Positions 28,244-36,488 of a stretch of DNA of 64,000 nt are shown in pieces. Every line of letters starts with the position of its first letter. Position 1 is the stretch's first letter. Under the pieces are notes generated by a model that was not told the DNA's origin, made no database searches, and saw nothing but the letters and a program-made list of their open reading frames with translations. Source of the stretch: Haloferacaceae archaeon 50 (GTDB lineage Archaea > Halobacteriota > Halobacteria > Halobacteriales > Haloferacaceae); assembly GCA_046097085.1 (NCBI GenBank), contig CP175567.1, forward strand, positions 1,355,875 to 1,419,874, read 5' to 3'. The position numbers and the translations under genes were made by a program.

Positions 28244-30103
28244 TCAGTCGTCGGTCGCCACGTCGGCGTCGTGCGCCGTCGCCTCCTCGACGCCCTCGGT
28301 GCCCTCCTCGACGGCGGTAGTGAGCGACACGTTGAGGCCGAGCATCGAGGCGACGCCGCCGGCGACGGTCACGAGGTTCTTGACGGCGTGGTCGAGGATG
28401 GCGGCCCCGATGGCCACCTCCGAGGAGAGGGGCGTGAGGCCGAGCACCAACAGCGTGAACGCCCCCTCGTAGAGGCCGACGCCGCCGGGCGACAGCGGCA
28501 GCACCTTGGCGAGGTTGCCGACGCTGACGGCGAAGAAGCCGACGGCCAGCAGCGTGACCGGCGAGAGGCTGATGTCGAACGCCGCGAGCACCAGCACCGC
28601 GGTCACCACGTCGAGCGACCAGATTATCACGCTCGTCGCGCCGATGCGAAGGAAGCCGGCGCGCGACCCGGCGACTCGCTGGATGTCGCCCACGAACCGT
28701 TCGATGACGCCGGCGACGTAGTCGGCGTAGGAGTCGGTGCTCACCTTTCGGACGCCCGCGCGCACGAAGTTGCGCTCGGACCGAGCGCTGGCGGCGATGG
28801 CGGCGACCGCGCCGATGGCGGCGAGCCCGACGCCCACCGCCACGGTGACGGCGACACGCCCCGCGCCCTCGGCGCCGGTCACGGTCCGCGCGAGTTCGGC
28901 CGTCTCGCCCGCCGCGGTGAACCCGAGCAGGGCGATACCCGCGAGGAACGTGATGGTGAGCAGGTCGAACACGCGTTCGACCGCGAGCGACGCGAACCCC
29001 GAGGGGTACGGGATGCCGCGGCGGGCCTTCACCACGTACGCCCGGACGGCGTCGCCGAGACGCGCCGGGAACACGAGGTTGCCCGTCTGCGAGATGAACA
29101 CCGCCCCGGTCAGGAATCCGACCCGTTCGTGGAACCCGAGGGCGTCGAGGATGTCCTGATACCGGAGGCCGCGGACCGGCCACGAGGCGAGGTAGATTAC
29201 GGCCGCCACCGCCACCAGCGCCGGGTCGACCTCGCTCATCCGCGCGAAGACGCGCGAGAAGTCGATGTACTGCGTCATCAGCACCACCGCGAGTACGGTG
29301 AGCAGGATGCCCGCCGACATGGTGACGCGGCGGGTGATTCGCGGCTGTACCGACAGCTCCCACCACGTGCGGAGTATCTGGCTCCCCATGCCGAACACGT
29401 CGCGCACGAGGTCGACCTTCGAGTCGCCCTTCGGCTCCCAGTCGACCGGGAACTCGGCCACCCGGAGGCCGGAGCGCTGACCCCGGACCAGCATCTCGGT
29501 GTCCCAGAACCAGTGTTCGTCGCCCACCTCGTTACGGAGGGTCTCGAACGCCTCGCGGTCGAACGCCTTGAAGCCGCACTGGTGGTCGTTGAGCTTCGAC
29601 CGGAGGAACAGACGGACCATGGCGTTGTACGCCTGACTCGGCACGCCCCGCTTGACGGGGCGGTCGGCCTCCCGGCCGGGCATCCACCGCGACCCGGTGG
29701 CGATGTCGTACTCCTCTGACCGTACCTTCTCCACGAGTTCTTCGAGGTGGCCCATGTCCGTGGCGAGGTCCGTGTCGAAGTAGACCAGCGTCTCGCCGTG
29801 AGCCGCCTCGAACGCCCGAGTCAGCGCTCCGCCCCGCCCCAGTCGCTCGTCGCTGTGGAAGTGTCGCACGCGCGGGTCTTCGGCCGCCATTCGGTCGGCT
29901 ATCTCCGGCGTCCGGTCGTCGCAGCCGTCCTCGGCGACGATAACCTCGTACGATCCCGGCGGAAGAAACGAACCCAGCGTGTCGAGGGTGGTCTCCACCG
30001 TCCCCTCGATGGTTTTCTCTTCGTTGTACGCCGGGAGAACGACGCTCACCTCCACCTGAGCGGGCGTCGTCTCGGCGGCGTCCGCGGTGCTCCGACTATG
30101 CAT
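28244..30103 (-). CDS. GT2 glycosyltransferase fused to multi-TM LPG-synthase-like domain (AglD-like dolichyl-phosphate hexosyltransferase candidate)
   Basis: 619 aa; N-terminal VSVVLPAYNEE...FDTDLATD (GT-A DxD) resembles dolichol-phosphate mannosyltransferase; C-terminal ~330 aa with 7-8 TM helices similar to UPF0104/flippase-like domains as in Haloferax AglD. Confidence 0.8.
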   Translation of the reverse strand: MHSRSTADAAETTPAQVEVSVVLPAYNEEKTIEGTVETTLDTLGSFLPPGSYEVIVAEDGCDDRTPEIADRMAAEDPRVRHFHSDERLGRGGALTRAFEAAHGETLVYFDTDLATDMGHLEELVEKVRSEEYDIATGSRWMPGREADRPVKRGVPSQAYNAMVRLFLRSKLNDHQCGFKAFDREAFETLRNEVGDEHWFWDTEMLVRGQRSGLRVAEFPVDWEPKGDSKVDLVRDVFGMGSQILRTWWELSVQPRITRRVTMSAGILLTVLAVVLMTQYIDFSRVFARMSEVDPALVAVAAVIYLASWPVRGLRYQDILDALGFHERVGFLTGAVFISQTGNLVFPARLGDAVRAYVVKARRGIPYPSGFASLAVERVFDLLTITFLAGIALLGFTAAGETAELARTVTGAEGAGRVAVTVAVGVGLAAIGAVAAIAASARSERNFVRAGVRKVSTDSYADYVAGVIERFVGDIQRVAGSRAGFLRIGATSVIIWSLDVVTAVLVLAAFDISLSPVTLLAVGFFAVSVGNLAKVLPLSPGGVGLYEGAFTLLVLGLTPLSSEVAIGAAILDHAVKNLVTVAGGVASMLGLNVSLTTAVEEGTEGVEEATAHDADVATDD

Positions 30104-30148
30104 TGGGTTTCAGTCCGGCACCCGCGAGTATGAACTTTCTGGGTTCGG

Positions 30149-30192
30149 CCGTGAATGTGCACGTGAGAACAGATTCCGCGTGAATGTCACCG
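30149..30192. repeat. two copies of GTGAATGT(G/C)AC motif 30 bp apart (putative operator half-site pairs GTGA-N3/4-(G)CAC)
   Basis: ccGTGAATGTGCAC at 30149-30162 and gcGTGAATGTCACc at 30179-30192 in the spacer upstream of the minus-strand GT2 gene (start 30103). Confidence 0.3.
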
Positions 30193-30378
30193 GAGACACA
30201 GCGTCCCGACGGGTGCGTTCGCGGCGACCGTCGTCGACCGTGACGTGTTAGGCGACCGTACCCACGGCGGGGGGCCGGAGCGCGCGTCGGCGGTCCCGAG
30301 GGGATAGAATCGCACGACTGCGGCGGGTTAACCTCCCGTACCAAATCTCTAAAGGCGCTTTCGGTCGTCTGTAGTGAC

Positions 30379-30639
30379 ATGAGCGCGACCACGGCGGCCG
30401 CGGAGGCGGCGGACGCGGAGACGACCGACCTGACCGAGAAACAGCGTCGCATCCTCGACTACCTGCGACAGAGCGCGGCGACCAAGACCTACTTCAAGTC
30501 CCGCCTCATCGCCGAGGAACTCGGGATGACCGCCAAGGAGGTCGGCGCGAACATGACCGCCATCCGCAAGGGCGACTTCGACGTGTGCGTCGAGAAGTGG
30601 GGCTACTCCTCGGGCACGACGTGGAAGGTCACCGCGTGA
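30379..30639 (+). CDS. small hypothetical protein (86 aa), conserved-looking haloarchaeal ORF
   Basis: ORF with good codon bias; LTEKQRRILDYLRQSAATKTYFKSRLIAEELGMTAKEVGANMTAIRKG suggests a small HTH-like domain. Confidence 0.45.
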   Translation: MSATTAAAEAADAETTDLTEKQRRILDYLRQSAATKTYFKSRLIAEELGMTAKEVGANMTAIRKGDFDVCVEKWGYSSGTTWKVTA

Positions 30640-30695
30640 AGACGTAGAAGTATGACTCACCGCGTGAAGACGGGTGCGACTGCGGGCCGACCCGC

Positions 30696-31331
30696 TCAGG
30701 GGTCGTACCGGATGAACTCGTCCGCCGCGGCCGCGAAGTCGGCGGCGTCGGCTCCGAACGAGTCGGTGTATCGCAACAGGAGCGTGATGACCGCCTCGGG
30801 CCGGACCACGGCGTAGCCGTCCTCGCGCGCGAGGAGGCCCGCCTCGTCGAGTTCGCCCGCGTAGTTGCTGACCGTCGCGCGAGACACGCCGAGGGCGTCT
30901 GCGAGGTGGCTCCCGGTCGCGTCGGGCGTCCGGAGGAGTTCGACCAGCATCCCCCGCGGGGTGTCGCGCCGGAGGTAGCCGAGCGCCACCTGTTCGAACT
31001 CGTCGAACCGGCCGGCCGGGAAAAAGCGGCGGTAGTCGCCGTCGCGCCGGGACTCTATCACGCCGTCGTCCAGCAGGCGCCTGAGGTGGTGTTGCGTCTC
31101 CCCGGTGCCGAGTTTGAGGTCGTCGCGGACCTTCGAGAAGTGCGCGCCCGGCGTGGCCGCGAGATAGCCCACGATGGCGTCGCGGGCGTCGCTCCCCGTC
31201 CCCGCCCCGGCCTCGGCGGCGTCGCCGTCGTCGCCGTTCCCGCTCCCGAGGCCGACGAGCGGCGTCGCGGTGCCGACGGCCGCGAACCGTCGGAGCGTCG
31301 CCCGTTTGTCCTCGTCGACGCGCTCGCCCAT
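30696..31331 (-). CDS. winged-helix (ArsR/TrmB-like) transcriptional regulator, two wHTH-like segments
   Basis: 211 aa; IVGYLAATPGAHFSKVRDDLKLGTGETQHHLRRLLDDGVIESRRDGDYRRFFP and LVELLRTPDATGSHLADALGVSRATVSNYAGELDEAGLL. Confidence 0.6.
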   Translation of the reverse strand: MGERVDEDKRATLRRFAAVGTATPLVGLGSGNGDDGDAAEAGAGTGSDARDAIVGYLAATPGAHFSKVRDDLKLGTGETQHHLRRLLDDGVIESRRDGDYRRFFPAGRFDEFEQVALGYLRRDTPRGMLVELLRTPDATGSHLADALGVSRATVSNYAGELDEAGLLAREDGYAVVRPEAVITLLLRYTDSFGADAADFAAAADEFIRYDP

Positions 31332-31378
31332 TTGACGGCTCTACGGGGGACCCGGCTAAAAGAGCTTCGTCGTCGCCG

Positions 31379-32623
31379 TCACTCCCGCTCGCGTTCGAGT
31401 TCGCGGTCCGACTCGTCCGCCGCCGCGTCCTCGTCGCCGCCGGTCGGGGCGTCCTCGCGGCCGTCCCCGGGCGCGCTCTCGGGCTCCGCGGCCGTCTCCG
31501 AGGCGCCCCCGGCCACGGGCTCTTCCTCGTTCGCGTCCGCGATTATCTCGTCCGCGCTCTTGAGGTCGGTGCCCGCGCCGGCCTTGATGGCCTCGGCCTC
31601 CTTCTCCAGTTCCTCCACGTCCATCTCGGCCGCCTCGTCTATCTGGCCGAGTATCTCGTCGATGTCGTCGAGGCCGATGAGTTCGCGCGTCTCCGCGTCG
31701 AACTCCAGGCTGTCGAGTCCGGCCGTCTCCTGTACGTCGCTGTCGGTCAACTGCTTGCCGTAGCGCCCCAGCAACGACGTCAGCTCCTGTGGCAACACGA
31801 ACGTGGTGGACTCGCCCTCGCCGATGCGTTCGAGCGTCTCCATCCCGCGCTCGATGACGGCGCGTTCGCCCATCGACTCGGCGGACTTCGCGCGTAGCAC
31901 CGTGGAGATGGCGTCGCCCTGCGCTTCGAGTATCTGGGACTGCTTCTCGCCCTGCGCCCGGATGATGTTCGACTGCTTCTCTCCCTCCGCCTGCTCGACG
32001 GCGCTGCGGCGTTCACCCTGCGCCTCCAGAATCATGGCGCGGCGGCGACGCTCCGCGGAGGTCTGTTGCTCCATCGCCTGCTGGACGTCCGCCGAGGGGT
32101 TGACCTCGCGCACCTCCACCGACTCGACGCGCACGCCCCACTCGTCGGTGGGTTCGTCGAGTTCCTTCCGGATGCGCGCGTTTATCTCCTGTCGCTTGTT
32201 GAGCGTGTCGTCGAGTTCCATGTCGCCCAGCACCGCACGGAGGGTGGTCTGGGCGAGGTTGGAGACGGCGCGCTTGTAGTCGTCGACTTCGAGGAACGCC
32301 TTGCGCGCGTCCATCACCTTGATGTAGACCACCGCGTCGGCGGTGACCGGCGAGTTGTCGCGAGTGATAGCCTCCTGTCGGGGCACGTCGAGCGTCTGCG
32401 TACGCATGTCGAACGGGTACGTCCGCGAGACGAACGGCGGGATGAAGTTGATACCCGGTTCGAGTAGCTTGCGGTACTCCCCGAACACCGTGAGCGCCTG
32501 CTTCTCGTAGGCGTCCACGATAGCCACCATCTGGTAGACTGTCACCACGGCGAGGACGAGGACGAGTAGACCCACTATCAGCGGTAGGCCGACCAGCCCC
32601 GTCTGGAGTGGTACGGGAACCAT
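31379..32623 (-). CDS. SPFH/Band-7 (stomatin/prohibitin-like) membrane protein with long acidic coiled-coil tail
   Basis: 414 aa; N-terminal TM then SPFH core (FGEYRKLLEPGINFIPPFV...QTLDVPRQEAITRDN...), Ala/Glu/Gln-rich repeats, acidic C-terminus. Confidence 0.9.
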   Translation of the reverse strand: MVPVPLQTGLVGLPLIVGLLVLVLAVVTVYQMVAIVDAYEKQALTVFGEYRKLLEPGINFIPPFVSRTYPFDMRTQTLDVPRQEAITRDNSPVTADAVVYIKVMDARKAFLEVDDYKRAVSNLAQTTLRAVLGDMELDDTLNKRQEINARIRKELDEPTDEWGVRVESVEVREVNPSADVQQAMEQQTSAERRRRAMILEAQGERRSAVEQAEGEKQSNIIRAQGEKQSQILEAQGDAISTVLRAKSAESMGERAVIERGMETLERIGEGESTTFVLPQELTSLLGRYGKQLTDSDVQETAGLDSLEFDAETRELIGLDDIDEILGQIDEAAEMDVEELEKEAEAIKAGAGTDLKSADEIIADANEEEPVAGGASETAAEPESAPGDGREDAPTGGDEDAAADESDRELERERE

Positions 32624-32822
32624 AACTCGGGCTTAGTGTGTGCGTGTGATAAGGGTTCGCCTCACAGTCGCGGCGGTCGTACCGCCGTGTCCGGCGGATT
32701 ACGACCGGCTACGGCCATGGTCGTCGGCCGGTGCGCCGTCGGAGTCAGACGCGCCTCCGGACGTCACAGTGCGGCCCCGCGGTCATCCCCCGCACGTCGG
32801 CGTCCGAGCCGTCACCGCTCTC

Positions 32823-34346
32823 TCAGTCCGCCATCGTATCGCTGTAACCGGGCGGCGACTGGATACGGACGAACGGCGGTTCGTCGATGTTGTCGACGAG
32901 ACGGCTCGACCCCACGTACCCCATGGGGGACTTCTCCAGTGTGAGGTACTGGAGTCCGTTGTCGTGGCGCCACAGCTCCAGCGCCTGCGACGCGTTGTTC
33001 GTGAAGAACTCCTCGATATCTTCGGGCACCGTGTCGGGGTTGTGGACGTACACCGTCGTACTGTCGTCGGTGAGCAGGTGCGTCTCCTGCCACCGGTGCA
33101 GTTCCATAATCTGATCGGCGGTGAGGTGTCTCGCCGCCGTCTCCGTGTCGATGAACGTCGAAAGTGAACGCTCTTCCCGACGGTCGTCGATGAGTTGGAG
33201 CAGGTGCTCGATTCCACCCTGTTCCTGTGCCAGCGTGTAGACGTTGTTCTGGGCGGTTTCCTGTTTGCTCGTAACGTCGATGACGAACAGCCTATCCGAG
33301 TCTAGGAGCTCCGTAACCCGGTCCGGGTTCTCCGGAAACAGCTGGTCGAGGAGTTCGGACTTCGATCCTACCTTCGGCACCATCAGCAGGACGGCGTTGC
33401 CTTCCTCCAGTTGGTACTTCAACAGCGGAAGAAACAGCGGACGGAGGTCGACGTAGCCGTCGTGTTTGAACACGACGGACTCACCCCTGATGAACCCGCC
33501 GCCCAACAGCTCGTTGAGGCCCGAGATGTGCGTGTCCATGAACGACGCCTCGGAACGTCCCATATCGACCGGGTTCCGATTGCGCGGGATAATGTACACG
33601 CCTCCATCGTTGAACTCGATCTCGTACGATCGGGTGTCGTGATTGACGCCGCGCATCTTCAGCACCTGGAGAAACCGGTGAAAGTCGCTCCGGATCTCTT
33701 CGAGCCAGAGCCGAATGACACCGTGGGCGTTGTACTGTAGCGGGTCTATGGTGCTGGCGGTCTGGTCGGCCATGTATCCTCCCTCCGAGACGAGCAGTGC
33801 GGTCGCCTCGAACTCGTCGCTGAACAGTCGAATGAGGTCGAGGATGGCCCGGCGGAACACGTCCCGGTTGTCGGTCATCGCCTGCAACCCGGAGACGCTG
33901 TCGACGACGACGCGGTCTGCCGGGGCGTACTGCCCCAGCATCTGACTGACGTACTTCCGGGAGAACGGCGCGGCGTATCCCTCTCCGACTACCTGATTTC
34001 CTTCGAGCGTCTCGACGGTGAGTTTCTCTTGGTCGTCTTCCAGCGTGTAGCCGGGACGCGCCTGAACGGACGTGATTGTCAGGTTCTCGTGGTCGAGGTC
34101 GTAGTCGTACGGGGCGAAGGTGTCCCGGAGTTCGGACGGTGTCTGTTCCGTGGAGACGAACAGACACTCGTCGCCCTCTCGTATCCCCTCCTGTAAGAAC
34201 TGCATCGAGAGCGTCGACTTCCCCGTACCCGGCCCGCCCGTAACGAGAACTGACCGGTTTCGAGGGAGTCCGCCTCCGAGAATGCGATCGAGCGTTTCGT
34301 TTCCTGTCGACACGACTTCCCGTATTGCGTCAGGCATCTCGTCCAC
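32823..34346 (-). CDS. KaiC/RecA-superfamily ATPase, tandem-domain with intact N-terminal Walker A and degenerate second domain
   Basis: 507 aa; LDRILGGGLPRNRSVLVTGGPGTGKSTLSMQF (KaiC-type Walker A), Walker B LLVSE-like; second half (NELLGGGFIRGESVVFKHDGYV...) aligns to a KaiC domain that has lost the P-loop. Gene lies in a ~58-60% GC island. Confidence 0.8.
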   Translation of the reverse strand: MDEMPDAIREVVSTGNETLDRILGGGLPRNRSVLVTGGPGTGKSTLSMQFLQEGIREGDECLFVSTEQTPSELRDTFAPYDYDLDHENLTITSVQARPGYTLEDDQEKLTVETLEGNQVVGEGYAAPFSRKYVSQMLGQYAPADRVVVDSVSGLQAMTDNRDVFRRAILDLIRLFSDEFEATALLVSEGGYMADQTASTIDPLQYNAHGVIRLWLEEIRSDFHRFLQVLKMRGVNHDTRSYEIEFNDGGVYIIPRNRNPVDMGRSEASFMDTHISGLNELLGGGFIRGESVVFKHDGYVDLRPLFLPLLKYQLEEGNAVLLMVPKVGSKSELLDQLFPENPDRVTELLDSDRLFVIDVTSKQETAQNNVYTLAQEQGGIEHLLQLIDDRREERSLSTFIDTETAARHLTADQIMELHRWQETHLLTDDSTTVYVHNPDTVPEDIEEFFTNNASQALELWRHDNGLQYLTLEKSPMGYVGSSRLVDNIDEPPFVRIQSPPGYSDTMAD

Positions 34347-34719
34347 ACATTCAGGCCTCCGTTACTTAACATTAAGCTGATTATATGCGAAATGAGAGAT
34401 AATCACGAGCGGTCGACAGTCATCTGTCCGACGCCCGAAGAGTAGTGTGAGACGGAGCGGCGGGGTTCGGTCGACTGCCACGCTATCGAGAGCGTAGGCT
34501 CCATCGGCTCCGGCGTCCCATTTCGGGTACCGCCGCGGGTCGGCAGTCGGACGTGAGAACGACGGGCCGAGGCGCGTCCGATGGCCGCCGCCGGAACTGT
34601 TCGCCGTCCGGGCGTGACGTTACCGGCCTCCGGAGAGTCGCCCGAACCGACTGGAGAGTCGCGCGGCCGTGGTGACCTCCGACGTCTTCGCCAGTTCGAG
34701 AGCGGCGGGGCGGACCGAT

Positions 34720-35775
34720 CTACTTCTGCCCCTCGCTGTCGAGGTGGAACTGGAGGACCGTCTCCATCCCGTCGAGCAGCGCCCGAATATCGACCGTCTC
34801 CAGTTCGGGGGTGCGTTCGAGTTCCTCGTGGTACTGTTGCCACTGGTCGAGGAACGTGCCCTGGACGTCGTTGCGCTTGACCCGCTCACGAGCCGAGTCC
34901 ACCACGTCCTCCGTCGGGTTCGCCCACAGTCGTCGTAGGTCCCGGTCGGTTATGATGCCCGTCTCGTAGGCGTAGGCCACCACGCCGGAGGTGAAATCCC
35001 CTTCCGCAAGTTCGCGCTGCCACGTACTCACCCAGTTCCCGATGCGCGCCATCTTCTGGGCCTTCCAGAGCGTGGTCCGGAGCGTGGCGAACTCTTCACG
35101 GTTGAATCTCGTGGAGTGCATCAGATCGACGTCCGAGAAGGCGAGCATGACCATGTTGTGGGAACTGTACGCGTACGCCTCCGTCGTGTTGGCCGAGTAC
35201 GGGTGGTTGTTTACGATGTACGCGTACCGCACCGCGTTCAGCGTCTGTTGCAGGTCGAAGCGGAACAGGTCGGCGTACTCCCTGAACCGCGGCGCAATCC
35301 GGAGTGATCGTTCGAGTTCGTCCCATACGTCGACGGCGAGGCCGAGGCAGTCTTCGTTGACGCCGCACCTGTCGAAGTTCACGGAGAGATGGTTGAACGG
35401 GATTTTGGCGGCCTCCTGGAACGTCGTCCGATCGTTCTGGTCGTCGACGAGGTCGTCGAGAAGGGTCACGTAAAACGTGAGGAGGGTCTTGTCGTTCTGC
35501 ACCTTGTCCCTGTACCTCTCGTTCACCGTCGAGAGGCGGAAATACGGACTCAGAAAGTGGAACCACTTCCAGAGGAACCGGTCACGGATGCCGACGACGT
35601 CGTCGTACTTGTCGGCGATAGCTTCGAGGTTGCCGGGGAGGTCGTACTCCTCTACTTCTCTCATTATTCGTTCAGGATGTATTATACGTTCAGGGACTAA
35701 AATAACACTCATCCGCTCTAGTTCTCGCGTGTCTCTCGCGCGGGCCTCCGTTTCGGGCGTCGTCAATCGACGCAC
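34720..35775 (-). CDS. hypothetical all-alpha protein with class I terpene-synthase-like motifs (DDLVDD and NWVSTWQRE)
   Basis: 351 aa (alternative start MSVILV at 35709); FYVTLLDDLVDDQND (DDxxD preceded by aromatic/hydrophobic helix) and ~140 aa downstream IGNWVSTWQRELAEGD (compare NDLFSYQRE NSE/DTE motif of bacterial terpene cyclases). Low-GC island gene; function inferred from motifs only. Confidence 0.55.
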   Translation of the reverse strand: MRRLTTPETEARARDTRELERMSVILVPERIIHPERIMREVEEYDLPGNLEAIADKYDDVVGIRDRFLWKWFHFLSPYFRLSTVNERYRDKVQNDKTLLTFYVTLLDDLVDDQNDRTTFQEAAKIPFNHLSVNFDRCGVNEDCLGLAVDVWDELERSLRIAPRFREYADLFRFDLQQTLNAVRYAYIVNNHPYSANTTEAYAYSSHNMVMLAFSDVDLMHSTRFNREEFATLRTTLWKAQKMARIGNWVSTWQRELAEGDFTSGVVAYAYETGIITDRDLRRLWANPTEDVVDSARERVKRNDVQGTFLDQWQQYHEELERTPELETVDIRALLDGMETVLQFHLDSEGQK

Positions 35776-35819
35776 GTCCCCCTCTCGGATGGAGTAGCGC
35801 GACGGTCAGTACGGGCCGG

Positions 35820-36431
35820 TCACTCCCGCTCTGTCTCGGGTTCGGTCCCCGTCTGCCGTCCGCTCTGCGTCTCCGAGGCCGTCCGACCCCGCGCGAGTTC
35901 GCGGTCTATCTCGTCTTCGAAACTCGACACCGCCTCGACGGTGACGACGTTGCCGCCGCCGGGGTCGACCACCATCACCTCCGTGCCCTCGGGTATCTCG
36001 CCGTCGACCGACCGCGCGGAGTAGTAGGGGTTGAAGCCGCCGGCGTCCAGTTTGATCTGGCCCGACCTCGGCGTGACGCGCTCCGTCACCCGGCCCGTCT
36101 TGCCCGTGAGCGCCGCCGAGTCGCTGGTGCGCCCCGCGCCCTTCCCGCCGTACACGTCGAGTTCGCGGTAGCCCCAGAGGGCGACGCCGCCGAACACCAA
36201 CACGAGGAGACCGAGGACAAGCGTCCCGGCCAGCGGACCCAGCGCGGGGCCGACTACCATCCCCACGAGTCCGGCGGCGAGGAGCGCCACGCCGAGGACG
36301 ATGAAGTGCGCGCCGGGCGACAGCGCTTCGGCCACCGAGAGGCCGAGACCTGCCAGTACCAGCAGGAGCGGGAGCACGCTCGGGTCCGTCGGGTCGAGTT
36401 GTAGGAGCGGACCGAGGGGCGGGCTGACCAT
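35820..36431 (-). CDS. NfeD-family membrane protein (short form, OB-fold C-terminal domain)
   Basis: 203 aa; N-terminal hydrophobic helices then GKTGRVTERVTPRSGQIKLDAGGFNPYYSARSVDGEIPEGTEVMVVDPGGGNVVTVE beta-barrel region typical of NfeD partners of stomatins. Confidence 0.8.
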   Translation of the reverse strand: MVSPPLGPLLQLDPTDPSVLPLLLVLAGLGLSVAEALSPGAHFIVLGVALLAAGLVGMVVGPALGPLAGTLVLGLLVLVFGGVALWGYRELDVYGGKGAGRTSDSAALTGKTGRVTERVTPRSGQIKLDAGGFNPYYSARSVDGEIPEGTEVMVVDPGGGNVVTVEAVSSFEDEIDRELARGRTASETQSGRQTGTEPETERE

Positions 36432-36488
36432 GTCCGGGACTAGGGACGTGGCCGGTTAATGATTTGCGTACGCCGGGACGCGACCGGG

